Assembly: GCA_964016885.1 (NCBI GenBank)
Contig: OZ024764.1
Span: forward strand, 14,880,001 to 14,944,000
Origin: Eledone cirrhosa
Lineage: Eukaryota
DNA length: 64,000 nucleotides
Direction of reading: 5' to 3'
The notes below the pieces were generated by a model. That model saw nothing but the letters and a program-made list of their open reading frames with translations. It ran no database searches and was not told the DNA's origin. Each line of letters starts with the position of its first letter. The first letter of the stretch is position 1. Shown in pieces: positions 29,365 through 57,247 of the stretch. Made by a program: the position numbers and the translations under genes.

Positions 29365-29853
29365 GAGACAGAGAGACAGACAGACAGAGAGACAGACAGA
29401 CAGACAGTCAATAACCAGCAAATAAAATAAAGAAATAAATTAATAAATTAATTAATTAATAAATAAATAAATAAATAAACGAAATGCAAATCACTCTCAC
29501 AGTTAACGAGATAACTTAATTATTTACTCACACCCACCCAAGCTAATTAGCATATTGCTGGGGGGGGGGGGGCGAGAGGGAGGGTGTCATAGTTTTAACG
29601 AACAAGATCGTTAGTGCCTTGTTTTGTTGTTGTTGTTTGTTTATTTTAATTGTTGAAAGTTGTTGTCAACAACAACAGCTTGTTGTTGTTGTTGTTGTTG
29701 TATGCAGGGAACTGGTTTGAACGGGTTAACTTGTGAATAACAAGAGTCAAATCCCTGCATCATCATCATCACCACCAGGAATATAATGAAGTAGAGGCAA
29801 CAGTAGTAGTAGTAGCAGTAGTAGTAGTAGCAGTAGTAGTAGTGGTGGTAGTG

Positions 29854-29884
<31 letters not shown>

Positions 29885-30266
29885 CAGTAGTAGTAGTAGT
29901 AGTAGTAGCAGTAGTAGTGGTGGTAGTAGTAGTAGTAGTAGCAGTAGTAGTAGCAGTAGTAGTAGTAGTAGCAGTAGTAGTAGTAGCAGTAGTAGTAGTA
30001 GTAGCAGTAGTAGTAGTAGTAGCAGTAGTAGCAGCAGTAGTAGTAGTAGCAGCAGTAGTAGTAGTAGCAGCAGCAGTAGTAGTAGCAGCAGCAGTAGTAG
30101 TAGTATTACAGGTATGAAGGAATTCTAAGGTGGTTAGTTAGGTTCTTTCTTTCTTTCTCACCACACCCCACCATCACCCCCACACCCCACACACACATAC
30201 ACCCCACCATCATCACCCCCCATTACCATCACTATTGTTGTTGTAGTTATTTTACAATGCCATTCC

Positions 30267-30275
30267 TATATATAA
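30267..30275 (+). promoter_or_regulatory. TATA box of the Gly/Tyr-rich protein gene
   Basis: CCTATATATAAGGG in a unique (non-repeat) island about 70 nt before a consensus AAG|GTAAGT donor. Confidence 0.7.
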
Positions 30276-30296
30276 GGGTTGTTCACCCAGAGCATC

Positions 30297-30345
30297 TTTG
30301 TGTTGAGTGTTTAACTTACTTCATTGAACAACCATCACAAGCAAG
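30297..30345 (+). other. Non-coding exon 1 (5' UTR; start approximate)
   Basis: Ends at gcaag|GTAAGT (30345/30346); no ATG; about 30 nt downstream of TATA. Confidence 0.65.
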
Positions 30346-31364
30346 GTAAGTTAATTACTACTACTATTACTACTACTACTGTTAATATTACTAATTAACT
30401 AAAGCTGATCAAATTTTTTGGCAAAGTCCGTTAGAGTTTTGGATGTCCATTTTATGGGGGTCTTTGAAATCTTTGGGTTTAACCCTTTACCATTTACATT
30501 ACTCTATATATACTATTGTATTTTTGTGCTAAGGGCTTTACCTCACATAATTGTTTCTACTTTAGGCACAAGGCCAGCAATTACCCAGTGTATTACTGGT
30601 ACTTTATTTTATCGACCCCGTAAGGATGAAAGGCAAAGTCAACCTCGGCGGGATTTGAACTCAGATCGTAAAGGGACGTAACTATGCTGGAAAGCATGGC
30701 GTCCACATAATATCTCACATAATATCGAATCTAGAAGATTTTGATGCTATTTATTTTGAGAACAATACCTTAACATAAGTATGAGCAGCCAGTTTAACCC
30801 TTTACCATCCACATTACTCTATATATACTATTGTATTTTCATTGTAAATGCTTTACCTTACATAATTATCTCATGTAATATGAAATCTATAAGATTTTGA
30901 TATTATTTATTTTGAGAACAATACCTTAACATCAACATGAGCGGGTAGTTACAGCCGGTTTGGACAGAAAGAGGTGAGAGAATTCTGGCCGGTTTAAATG
31001 CTATATGTACTATTGTATTTTTTGTGGTAAGGGCTTTACCTCACATAATATCGAACCTAGAAGATTTTGATGTTATTTATTTTGAGAACAATAGCTTAAC
31101 ATCAATATGAGCTGCCGGTTATAGCCAGTTTGAACAGAAAGGGGTGAGAAAATTCTGGCCGGATATGACCGGTTTAAATGTTAAAGGGTTAAAATGTACA
31201 GAGTACCTTGAAATTTCAACGGGATTGACCCCCCCCCCCCCCCTCCTTGTTGCAACTGGTATCACTTTCACATTACTCTCATCCATTCTCTACAACATTG
31301 TCATCTCCATTTTCAATTCGGAATACTTGGCAATAATTGTTAACTTTACCTTTTATACTTTCCG

Positions 31365-32262
31365 GGTCGATAAAATAAAGTACCAGTAATACACTGGGCT
31401 CGATTTAATCGAGTTTCTCCCTTCCCTCCCCCAAAATTGTTGGCCTTCCCCCTAAATCAGAATCCATTACTATTTATTACGAGGTTAACTTTGCCTTTCA
31501 TCCTTACGGGTTCGATAAAATAAAGTACCAGTAATACACTGGGCTCGATTTAATCGAGTTTCTCCCTTCCCTCCCCCAAAATTGGTGGCCTTCCCCCTAA
31601 ATCAGAATCCATTACTATTTATTACGAGGTTAACTTTGCCTTTCATCCTTACGGGTTCGATAAAATAAAGTACCAGTAATACACTGGGCTCGATTTAATC
31701 GAGTTTCTCCCTTCCCTCCCCCAAAATTGTTGGCCTTCCCCCTAAATCAGAATCCATTACTATTTATTACGAGGTTAACTTTGCCTTTCATCCTTACGGG
31801 TTCGATAAAATAAAGTGCCAGTAATACACTGGGCTCGATTTAATCGAGTTTCTCCCTTCCCTCCCCCAAAATTGTTGGCCTTCCCCCTAAATCAGAATCC
31901 ATTACTATTTATTACGAGGTTAACTTTGCCTTTCATCCTTACGGGTTCGATAAAATAAAGTACCAGTAATACACTGGGCTCGATTTAATCGAGTTTCTCC
32001 CTTCCCTCCCCCAAAATTGTTGGCCTTCCCCCTAAATCAGAATCCATTACTATTTATTACGAGGTTAACTTTGCCTTTCATCCTTACGGGTTCGATAAAA
32101 TAAAGTACCAGTAATACACTGGGCTCGATTTAATCGAGTTTCTCCCTTCCCTCCCCCAAAATTGTTGGCCTTCCCCCTAAATCAGAATCCATTACTATTT
32201 ATTACGAGGTTAACTTTGCCTTTCATCCTTACGGGTTCGATAAAATAAAGTACCAGTAATGC
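31365..32262. repeat. 145-bp tandem repeat x~6 (SINE-derived), intron 1
   Basis: ttcgataaaa at 31511, 31801, 32091 (290 bp = 2 units). Confidence 0.95.
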
Positions 32263-32920
32263 ACTGGGGTAATTGCTGGCCTTGTGCCTAAAGTAGAAAC
32301 AATTATTACGGGGTTGATAAAATAAAGTACCAGTAATACACTGGGATAATTGCTGGCCTTGTGCCTAAAGTAGAAACAATTATTACAGGGTTGATAAAAT
32401 AAAGTACCAGTAATACACTGGGATAATTGCTGGCCTTGTGCCTAAAGTAGAAACAGTTATTACAGGGTTGATAAAATAAAGTACCAGTAATACACTGGGA
32501 TAATTGCTGGCCTTGTGCCAAAAGTAGAAACAATTATTACAGGGTTGATAAAATAAAGTACCAGTAATACACTGGGATAATTGCTGGCCTTGTGCCTAAA
32601 GTAGAAACAGTTATTACAGGGTTGATAAAATAAAGTACCAGTAATACACTGGGATAATTGCTGGCCTTGTGCCTAAAGTAGAAACAATTATTACAGGGTT
32701 GATAAAATAAAGTACCAGTAATACACTGGGATAATTGCTGGCCTTGTGCCTAAAGTAGAAACAATTATTACAGGGTTGATAAAATAAAGTACCAGTAATA
32801 CACTGGGATAATTGCTGGCCTTGTGCCTAAAGTAGAAACAATTATTACAGGGTTGATAAAATAAAGTACCAGTAATACACTGGGATAATTGCTGGCCTTG
32901 TGCCTAAAGTAGAAACAATT
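32263..32920. repeat. 77-bp tandem repeat x~9 (SINE 3' end), ending ~30 nt before exon 2
   Basis: gggttgataaaataaagtaccagtaatacactgggataattgctggcc periodicity. Confidence 0.95.
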
Positions 32921-32960
32921 ATTATTGTTGTTGTTTGTTTTTATATTTTCAGTCCCAAGA

Positions 32961-46860
<13,900 letters not shown>

Positions 46861-46957
46861 AAACAAACTGGCCACCCACATTTCTTTTTTCGGCTGCTAC
46901 TGTCCACTTCGAAGGTGAGTTACGAAAATTATAGTATTTTAAGAATTTTAGATTTTT

Positions 46958-48110
46958 TGGTCTTTCTATTACTGATACTATCTGTCTGTCACAACTCCTG
47001 GCAGAAGAAAGGAGCTGATCATCAGATCAGACCAAGGAAACAATGTCTCCATTGGTCTTTCCATTACTGATACTATCTGTCAGTCACAACTCCTGGCAGA
47101 AGAAAGGAGCTGATCATCAGATCAGACCATGGAAACAATGTTTCCATTGGTCTTTCTATTACTGATACTTTCTGTCAGTCACAACACCTGGCAGAAGAAA
47201 GGAGTTGATCATCAGATCAGACCAAGGAAACAATGTCTCCATTGGTCTTTCCATTACTGATACTATCTGTCAGTCACAACTCCTGGCAAAAGAAAGGAAC
47301 TGATCATCAGATCAGACCATGGAAACAATGTTTCCATTGGTCTTTCTATTACTGATACTTTCTGTCAGTCACAACACCTGGCAGAAGAAAGGAGTTGATC
47401 ATCAGATCAGACCAAGGAAACAATGTCTCCATTGGTCTTTCCATTACTGATACTATCTGTCAGTCACAACTCCTGGCAAAAGAAAGGAACTGATCATCAG
47501 ATCAGACCAAGGAAACAATGTCTCCATTGGTCTTTCTATTACTGATACTATCTGTCAGTCACAACTCCTGGCAGAAGAAAGGAGCTGATCATCAGATCAG
47601 ACCCAGGAAACAATGTTTCCATTGGTCTTTCCATTACTGATACTATCTGTCTGTCACAACTCCTGGCAGAAGAAAGGAACTGATCATCAGATCAGACCAA
47701 GGAAACAATGTCTCCATTGGTCTTTCCATTACTGATACTATCTGTCAGTTACAACTCCTGGCAGAAGAAAGGAGCTGATCATCAGATCAGACCAAGGAAA
47801 CAATGTCTCCATTAGTCTTTCCATTACTGATACTATCTGTCAGTCACAACTCCTGGCAGAAGAAAGGAACTGATCATCAGATCAGACCAAGGAAACAATG
47901 TCTCCATTAGTCTTTCCATTACTGATACTATCTGTCAGTCACAACTCCTGGCAGAAGAAAGGAGCTGATCATCAGATCAGACCAAGGAAACAATGTCTCC
48001 ATTGGTCTTTCCATTACTGATACTATCTGTCTGTCACAACTCCTGGCAGAAGAAAGGAACTGATCATCAGATCAGACCAAGGAAACAATGTCTCCATTGG
48101 TCTTTCCATT
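46958..48110. repeat. 95-bp tandem repeat x~12 filling the 3' UTR intron
   Basis: attggtctttccattactgatactatctgtcagtcacaac; homologous to SINE-like segment 34180-34258. Confidence 0.95.
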
Positions 48111-48154
48111 CCTGCATTCCTCTAATCTGCCATTCTTTCATTCTTCTATTCTAG

Positions 48155-48288
48155 GTTGCTGATGAATTTACCATCCAAAGTTTCCATCATTTAATGAAAT
48201 AAGTAAAAAGAAGAAAAAAATGAATATATTTGACACAACAACCACCACAACAACAATTTATAAACATACACACACACATACACCTACA

Positions 48289-48337
<49 letters not shown>

Positions 48338-48595
48338 ATATATATATATATGTATGTATGTATGTATATATATATGTATTTATATATATGTATATATGAT
48401 GTATATAACATTTTTTAAAGATTTTTCTTTGACATACATGCATATAAAGTAACAACAACAACAACAACAACAGGATCAACATCAGCAGCTATTGTAACAA
48501 CAATAACAATAACAACAACAACAGCAGCAGCAACAACAACAACCACACTGTACCGTAACCGAATGAAGATAACAAAAAGAATTTCACAAAAAAGC

Positions 48596-48638
<43 letters not shown>

Positions 48639-48790
48639 ACATCTGTAAAATAAAGCTTTATACAAGAACTGATGGAAATATATTTAAATGTATGTGTGTG
48701 TATATATATATATATACACACACATAATGTTTGTATGGAAAGAAAAGTTAAATTTGAAATAAAAATTGTTTGTTGTCCTAAATATGAATT
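48155..48790 (+). other. Probable terminal 3' UTR exon (intron 46915-48154)
   Basis: GAAG|GTGAGT donor at 46914/46915; CTAAT branch-like site at 48122, pyrimidine tract and ctAG at 48154; AATAAA at 48649 and 48758, the latter followed by GT-rich sequence. Confidence 0.6.
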
Positions 48791-49129
48791 TTCGTCTCAT
48801 TTTAATTTTTTTAGAAAATTCGTTTTTAATTCAGGAAATGAAATTATATGAAAATGATAAAGAATCTGTATATATATAAATTTCTGCGAGTCTGTCACAA
48901 CACATAAGGAGAGAGGAGCAGTTTGACTAACTCATACTAATCCTCTCTCTTTACGATTGCTGCCTGCGTGAATGTATGTGTAAAAGGAAGGAAAGGGATG
49001 GTGAAAAAGCTATGCTGCGTGTGAGCATATATGTGTGTTTGTGTGAATGTATGTATGTGTGTGCTTGTGTAACTGTGTGTGAATGTATGTGTGAGTGTAT
49101 TTTTGTAAGTGTGTCTGTGTTTGCGCAAA

Positions 49130-49675
49130 GCATGCGCCGTTGGATGTGCAATGTCAATGTGCGTGAATGACCAAGCATGGACGAGTTGAGAGAGAAACTG
49201 GGTATAAGAGAGATAGGCTGTAGTGTATGGGAGAGAAGACTGAGATGGTATGGACATGTGATGCACATGGAGGATGACCAATGGGTAAAGAAGTGCCAAG
49301 AAATCCCAGTAGAAGGAAGACGCAGTAGAGGTAGACCACGAAAAACATGGGCGGAGGTGGTGAGAGAGAAACTGTGTTTAAGAGGGATAAGTTGTAGTGT
49401 GTGGGAGAGAAGACTGAGATGGTATGGACATGTGATGCACATGGAGGATGACCAATGGGTAAAGAAGTGCCAAGAAATCCCAGTAGAAGGAAGACGCAGT
49501 AGTGGTAGACCACGAAAAACATGGGCGGAGGTGGTGAGAGCTGACCTCAGATCACTGAAGCTCATGGAGGAGATGACAAAGGGCCGTGACAAGTGGAGAG
49601 ATGCTGTGCCGAATAGGGCCCGTCCCACCCTTGCAAGCAGCGGAAAGCAGACGTAAAATGATGATGATGATGATG
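49130..49675 (+). mobile_element. RTE LINE 3' end with ~180-bp internal duplication
   Basis: RRLRWYGHVMHM...GRPRKTWAEVV occurs twice; (GAT)n tail. Confidence 0.85.
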
Positions 49676-49887
49676 AAGGTGATTATCATCAGTCAAATCA
49701 AACCAGGGATAAATAGTAGGTGAAAAACATACGAGGTAGAATGGTTACTATAGCGACCCTGCACATGTGTTTTGCAAACATATTGACCAGTGTATTTTAG
49801 CATAATATTTCAGAGCTGTTACCCTAACTAGAGGAGAAAATTCTGATAAATCTGATTCCTCGTTTGTTTTGGCTTTGACAGTTTCAG

Positions 49888-51690
49888 CTTTACCCAGTGG
49901 TCATCCTCCATGTGCATTACATGTCCATACCATCTCAGTCTTCTCTCCCGCACACTACAACTTATCCCTCTTATACCCAGTTTCTCTCTCAACACATCAC
50001 ATGTCCATACCATCTCAGTCTTCTCTCCCGCACACTACAACTTATCCCTCTTATACACAGTTTCTCTCTCAACACATCACATGTCCATACCATCTCAGTC
50101 TTCTCTCCCGCACACTACAACTTAGCCCTCTTATACACAGTTCCTCTCTCAACACATCACATGTCCATACCATCTCAGTCTTCTCTCCCGCACACTACAA
50201 CTTATCCCCCTTATACACAGTTTCTCTCTCAACACATCACATGTCCATACCATCTCAGTCTTCTCTCCTGCACACTACAACTTATCCCCCTTATACACAG
50301 TTTCTCTCTCAACACATCACATGTCCATACCATCTCAGTCTTCTCTCCCGCACACTACAACTTATCCCTCTTATACACAGTTTCTCTCTCAACACATCAC
50401 ATGTCCATACCATCTCAGTCTTCTCTCCCGCACACTACAACTTATCCCTCTTATACACAGTTTCTCTCTCAACACATCACATGTCCATACCATCTCAGTC
50501 TTCTCTCCCACACACTACAACTTATCCCTCTTATACACAGTTTCTCTCTCAACACATCACATGTCCATACCATCTCAGTCTTCTCTCCCGCACACTACAA
50601 CTTATCCCTCTTATACACAGTTTCTCTCTCAACACATCACATGTCCATACCATCTCAGTCTTCTCTCCCGCACACTACAACTTATCCCTCTTTTACACAG
50701 TTTCTCTCTCAACACATCACATGTCCATACCATCTCAGTCTTCTCTCCCGCACACTACAACTTATCCCTCTTTTACACAGTTTCTCTCTCAACACATCAC
50801 ATGTCCATACCACCTCAGTCTTCTCTCCCACACACCACAACTTATCCCTCTTATACAGTTTCTCTCTCAACACATCACATGTCCATACCATCTCAGTCTT
50901 CTCTCCTACACACTACAATTTATCCCTCTTATACACAGTTTCTCTCTCAACACATCACATGTCCATACCATCTCAGTCTTCTCTCCCGCACACTACAACT
51001 TATCCCTCTTATACACAGTTTCTCTTTCAACACATCCATGCTTGGTTGTTCACGCACATTGACATTGCACATCCAATGGAGCATGCTTGGTTCATTGCTC
51101 TCCAACCTTCACATATCCTCTGCAGTTGCTGCCCATTTCTCACTACCATGCAGCATCGCGCATCTCACACAAGCATCATATAACCGGCCTTTCGTTTGTA
51201 GGGAGAAAACCGTTCTTTGTCAACAGAGGAAGCAGTTCCCTAAACTTCTTCCTACCCGTCCTTATTCTAGATACTATGGCCTTGGAACACCCCCTCCCAT
51301 GCTAATCTGATTACTTAGGTACCGGAAGCAATCAACCACTTCTATAGATCCTACCTGCATTTAGAAAATGTGTCTATCAATGCAACTTCTACTGTTAAAT
51401 TTCCCTGTACATCTACTGCATACATAGTTTTCCCTACCTGTTAGTTTGCCTGCTATCCCACTACATCTCGTGTGTACCCAAGATCTGCATTGTGTACATT
51501 TTATAGAATTTATGCCAACTCCTTTTCTATATATCGAACATGGCCATTTCCCTGACGGAATCACAGTTTTGTCCTCTTTTCTACTCATCAACACTTTAGT
51601 CTTAGCTAGGTTCACTCTCAGTCCTCTTGCTTCCAACTGCTGTTTCCATAGCCAGAATTTATTCTCTAGCTCCTCTACTGATTCTGCTAA
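49888..51690 (-). mobile_element. RTE LINE fragment containing an 80-bp tandem array
   Basis: GLRVNLAKTKV, KWPCSI.RKGVG.NSIKC..C..WVH.RC; array unit encodes RRLRWYGHV. Confidence 0.85.
49918..51035. repeat. 80-bp tandem repeat x~14 from RTE coding sequence
   Basis: atgtccataccatctcagtc every 80 bp. Confidence 0.95.
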
Positions 51691-52269
51691 ATTGCCTAAA
51701 CTTCCTTTCAGTTGCCTCTATAGAGACCTCAATGTCTTGGATGTGGTATGTCAAGATGTTTTTTTAATGGTAAAGGCTCTCATTGGCATGTGCTCCTTAA
51801 ACATGTGTAGCCTCCTTATTAAGAGTTTAGAAAAAGAAAGCAGCATATAGCCTTATGTTTGAAAGCTACCACACTGGGAATATAACAAGAAAGAGTTAAA
51901 GAAGAACAAGGAACCTAAGCAAACATGAAAGAACTGCCAAACTCCCACTGTCATCGCCTCCATCTCTCTGGCCCTCCCCATCACCCCGTATGGTGAGCAA
52001 ATGGGGTTCCACGTACTGGCCTCCCCACAGACCCGGCGGACTTATTACTTAAAATATGATGTTAACACTGATGTAAGAGTGTTATCTTTCAGATTTTTAT
52101 AGGCCCTTTATATTTTGGTGATAAAACCCCCTTCATCAAAGGATCAATAAAAGAAACCAGTTTGAAGCTGTAAATGATAACAATGTTATTACAAGGTGCC
52201 TACAGTCAGTAGGCACCTTGTAACCCAATATACACCTCACCCCACACACCCTGCCTCATCCACTGTATT

Positions 52270-52840
52270 GGTGACACAACAAAAGGCTCCCAGTCCACGC
52301 TGTAAAGTGGTCATGTAGGGGACACAGTAAAAAGTACCCAGTCCACGCTGTAATGTGGTCATGTAGGTGACACAACAAAAGGCTCCCAGTCCACACTGTA
52401 AAGGGGTCATGTAGGGGACACAGTAAAAAGGCTCCCAGTCCACGCTGTAAAGTGGTCATGTAGGGAACACAACAAAAGGCTCCCAGTCCACACTGTAAAG
52501 GGGTCATGTAGGGGACACAGTAAAAAGGCTCCCAGTCCACACTGTAAAGTGGTCATGTAGGGAACACAACAAAAGGCTCCCAGTCCACACTGTAAAGGGG
52601 TCATGTAGGAGACACAGTAAAAAGGCTCCCAGTCCACACTGTAAAGTGGTCATGTAGGAGACACAGTAAAAAGGCTCCCAGTCCACACTGTAAAGTGGTC
52701 ATGTAGGTGACACAACAAAAGGCTCCCAGTCCACACTGTAAAGTGGTCATGTAGGTGACACAACAAAAGGCTCCCAGTCCACACTGTAAAGTGGTCATGT
52801 AGGTGACACAACAAAAGGCTCCCAGTCCACACTGTAAATG
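52270..52840. repeat. 48-49-bp tandem repeat x~12 from RTE 3' UTR
   Basis: ggctcccagtccacactgtaaagtggtcatgtagg. Confidence 0.9.
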
Positions 52841-53294
52841 TGGTTGGTGTTAGGAAGGGCATCCAGCTGTAAAAAAACCTGCCAGAGACACTTCCATACG
52901 AGTGAGACACGGATTCCCAACCATTCCCGCATCAAATGGAACAAAACCTGTCTAACCCATGCTAGCGTGGAAGATAGACGTTAAACGATGATGATGATGT
53001 GGAGGTATTTTTTATAGGCCCTTTATATTTCGGTGATAAACCCCCTTCATCAAAGGATCAATAAAAGAAACCAGTTTGAAGCTGTAAATGATAATAATTG
53101 TTTCTACTTTAGGCACAAGGCCAGCAATTACCCAGTGCATTACTGGTACTTTATTTTATCGACCCCGTAAGGATGAAAGACAAAGTTAACCTCGGCAGGA
53201 TTTGAACTCAGATCATAAAGGGACGTAACTATGCTAGAAAGCATAGCGTCCGACCCTCTACCAATACTGCCAGCATTACTGGTACTTTAGCATC

Positions 53295-53795
53295 TAAACA
53301 GACCGAAAAATAGATGCAAATAGACCTGATATAATACTGAAGGACTTTAAAAAGAGGGTATGCCTGCTAATTGATATGTCCGTTCCAATAGACGAGAATG
53401 TATCTATAAAAACATTTGAAAAATTGAGCAAGTATAAAGACCTGGAGATAGAAATTGGAAAAATGTGGAAATTGAGAACTAAAACAATACCAGTGGTTGT
53501 AGGCGCTCTAGGAATGATACCTAAGGGGTCTAATGATTACTTATCGCAAATTCCATCCAGGAAACCCGCGTATAGAAGAAATACAAAAGATAGTACTAAT
53601 GGGAACTGCCCATATACTAAGGAAGATCCTGTCAATATAAGTACATCACAAGTCTAAACACCTAAAGATGCATGTGTGTGTATGTGTGTTCTTTCTTGAA
53701 CATGGCGGACCTTGTTGTCTCTTGAGGTCACTGGTTGTGACTTGGTGATAACTTGTATGAACATAAAGCAAGATAAATGAAATAATAATAATAAT
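53295..53795 (+). mobile_element. R4/Dong-like non-LTR element, restriction-like endonuclease end with (TAA)n tail
   Basis: RPDIIL, LLIDMSVP.D, EKLSKYKDL, IPVVVGALG, GTAHILRK. Confidence 0.8.
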
Positions 53796-53807
53796 GATAA
53801 TGATAAT

Positions 53808-54140
53808 GTACAAGAAAAGGAGGAGAAAATTAACCGATACCAGGATTTAAAGTGGGAGTTAAAAAGGATTTGGAACTGTCATGAAATCAAGGTTGTCCCG
53901 ATTGTCATAGGAGCACTAGGTACTATCACAAAGAGTTTTCAAGGAAGGTTAAAGAACATTAGTCCAGCCCTGTTTTTTGGAACACTTCAAAAGGCATGCT
54001 TGCTGGTAACAACAGGAACCCTCCGAAACGTCCTGAATATCTGAGGCTGCAGGTAGCGACTTGATATTCATTTGAACAAACTTTCCAGTTAAATAATATC
54101 AAACAAAAACTGAGACTCCAAGAATAATAATAATAATAAT
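53808..54140 (+). mobile_element. Second R4/Dong-like 3' fragment with (TAA)n tail
   Basis: EKINRYQDLKWELKRIW..KVVPIVIGALG..LQKACLL.T..TLRNVL*. Confidence 0.75.
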
Positions 54141-55705
54141 GAAATTATTGTGTACAGTTCTCAGGTACACTACAACTCATCAAAGGTGCATGTATAGTAC
54201 ATAGAATAATGTACAAATGTCAGTGAAGTGAACAGTGTATGAGTAATGATATACATGTGTGTGTGTGTATGGAGGGGGAATATTAGGTGTAGTGTTGGCG
54301 AATCTCAGGAAGTATGGAGGCTTTAAAAGATGCAGTGTCTCGACAGCTAACAACTGATGGAGGTAGTTTGTTCCATGGAGGTTTTAAAGGATGCAGTGTC
54401 TCGACAGCTAACAACTGATGCAGGTAATTTGTTCCATGGAGGCTTTAAAGGATGCAGTGTCTCGACAGCTAACAACTGAAGCAGGTAGTTTGTTCCATGG
54501 AGGTTTTAAAGGATGCAGTGTCTCAACAGCTAACAACTGATGCAGGTAATTTGTTCCATGGAGGTTTTAAAGGATGCAGTGTCTCGACAGCTAACAACTG
54601 ATGCAGGTAGTTTGTTCCATGGAGGTTTTAAAGGATGCAGTGTCTCGACAGCTAACAACTGATGCAGGTAATTTGTTCCATGGAGGCTTTAAAGGATGCA
54701 GTGTCTCGACAGCTAACAACTGAAGCAGGTAGTTTGTTCCATGGAGGTTTTAAAGGATGCAGTGTCTCGACAGCTAACAACTGATGCAGGTAATTTGTTC
54801 CATGGAGGCTTTAAAGGATGCAGTGTCTCGACAGCTAACAACTGAAGCAGGTAGTTTGTTCCATGGAGGTTTTAAAGGATGCAGTGTCTCGACAGCTAAC
54901 AACTGATGCAGGTAATTTGTTCCATGGAGGTTTTAAAGGATGCAGTGTCTCGACAGCTAACAACTGATGCAGGTAGTTTGTTCCATGGAGGTTTTAAAAG
55001 ATGCAGTGTCTCGACAGCTAACAACTGATGGAGGTAGTTTGTTCCATGGAGGTTTTAAAAGATGCAGTGTCTCGACAGCTAACAACTGATGGAGGTAGTT
55101 TGTTCCATGGAGGTTTTAAAGGATGCAGTGTCTCGACAGCTAACAACTGATGCAGGTAATTTGTTCCATGGAGGCTTTAAAGGATGCAGTGTCTCGACAG
55201 CTAACAACTGATGGAGGTAGTTTGTTCCATGGAGGTTTTAAAGGATGCAGTGCCTCGACAGCTAACAACTGATGGAGGTAGTTTGTTCCATGGAGGTTTT
55301 AAAAGATGCAGTGTCTCGACAGCTAACAACTGATGGAGGTAGTTTGTTCCATGGAGGTTTTAAAGGATGCAGTGTCTCGACAGCTAACAACTGATGCAGG
55401 GAGTTTGTTCCATGGAGGTTTTAAAGGATGCAGTGTCTCGACAGCTAACAACTGATGGAGGTAGTTTGTTCCATGGAGGTTTTAAAAGATGCAGTGTCTC
55501 GACAGCTAACAACTGATGGAGGTAGTTTGTTCCATGGAGGTTTTAAAAGATGCAGTGTCTCGACAGCTAACAACTGATGCAGGTAGTTTGTTCCATGGAG
55601 GTTTTAAAGGATGCAGTGTCTCGACAGCTAACAACTGATGCAGGTAGTTTGTTCCATGGAGGTTTTAAAGGATGCAGTGTCTCGACAGCTAACAACTGAT
55701 GCAGG
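54140..55705 (-). mobile_element. CR1-type 3' end with expanded 61-bp array
   Basis: 3' UTR homologous to 39890-40050; unit identical to the one repeated at 40052-40478. Confidence 0.85.
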
Positions 55706-55878
55706 GGTTTTCTTTATAGGTCCTTTATATTTCGGTGATAAACCCCCTTATCAAAGGATCAATAAAAGACTAGTTCAGAGCTGTATATATCCTTTTTTGT
55801 TGTCCTTATCTGGCTTCATTTTTAATTTTTCAAATCATCATATTTGATTTCAAAAATAGCATTTTGTTTGAAAGCTAC

Positions 55879-56476
55879 ATCATCATCATCATCATCATCA
55901 TCATTTAACATCTATCTTCCACACTAGCATGGGTTAGACAGGAGTTGTCCCACTTGAGGCGAGATTGGTCAGGTGACCATGTCTCGCTCGTATAGGACTG
56001 TCTGGCAAGTTTTCTACGGCTGGATGCCCTTCCTAACACCAACCACATTACAGTGTGGACTGGGAGCTTTTTACCGTGTTACCTACACGGCCACATTACA
56101 GTGTGGACTGTGTGTTATTTTGTCGTGACATCTACACGGCCTCATTAGTTTGGACTGGATGTTGTGGTACCAACATAACTTTACATTGAAAGGGGTGGTG
56201 TTGGTGGGAGTTGGAGGATGGAGTAGGGGTAGTGGGTTGGGGTGTATATTTGGATGGAGGGGCCTACAGACTGTAGGTTTAACTTTGTACATAGGCAAGG
56301 CGGGTCTTCTGTATTACTGCGTGGCGCCAAAGATCTCGATCCAGTGTTTTTCTGGGTCTATCTACTCCGTAACTTCCATCAATTTTGATCACTCTGCACT
56401 TTTTTATACAGCTGTCGTCTTTCATGCGCATCACGTGACTATACCAACGTAGTCTCCTCTCGAGTAAACAGCATCT
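55879..56476 (-). mobile_element. RTE LINE 3' end/3' UTR (related UTR-only copies at 6605-7060 +, 24478-24795 -, 52190-53000 +, 63860-64000 -)
   Basis: Homologous to 62960-63570; shared ggatgcccttcctaacaccaacc motif and (GAT)n tail. Confidence 0.8.
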
Positions 56477-56539
56477 GTGGGAATTGACAGTAAGTAGACG
56501 CTCTCAGATTCGACATGATCAAACTGATCAATTGAGAAA

Positions 56540-56848
56540 GTCTGTTTAGATCTTCCCAATCCTTCTTCTTCTTTTCGTATCTTCGAAGCATGTGCTTATA
56601 TGGCAGTTTCCCATTTCGTTACACAGTCCTTTGCATTATTATTAAATTCTGCGAGATCTTTTAAGCTGCACTGGTTGGGTAGTAGAGGGCAAACAAGGCA
56701 GGGCTGCATCGTGCGGTCCTCCTCTCCGCATTCACAGATGGTTGGGCCGGTCTTGTAGCCCCATCTGGCCATAGCAGCTTTTGATCGCCCTATTCCTGTT
56801 CCCAGGCGGTTGAGTGTCTTCCACTGGACCCATGGTGCTTCTGAGCCA
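56540..56848 (-). mobile_element. Vingi/Ingi-like LINE C-terminal fragment
   Basis: WKTLNRL.TGIGRSKAAMARWGY....CECGEE.RTM..CL.CP. Confidence 0.6.
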
Positions 56849-57160
56849 ATGAAACACGTGTATTCAAATAAAAGATAAAAACATACTTTAACTTACAAGA
56901 GTCGGCTAAAATGTTCACAGAGTGACCAAGGTACTCTCATGGAATGATCAGATCAGGGTTATTTTTCAATATTTCTCTCTAGCTTTTATAGTGAGCAAAG
57001 GCACTGCACAAAGCCAGTCCCACTCTCTTAACCAAGATGATATTTACCAAAAAGAAGAACAAGTCAACATCATTGGATACCATCAGGGTTGCAGGTGTTA
57101 TATCAGAGTTTTCCTTCTCCTAGAATTCTGCCTTGACAAAGGCTAAGGGGTCATCTCTCC

Positions 57161-57204
<44 letters not shown>

Positions 57205-57205
57205 C

Positions 57206-57244
<39 letters not shown>

Positions 57245-57247
<3 letters not shown>

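Noticed and set aside
49869-51310. Long + strand repetitive ORFs (397, 428, 329 aa)
   Set aside because: Antisense reading of an 80-bp array derived from RTE coding sequence.
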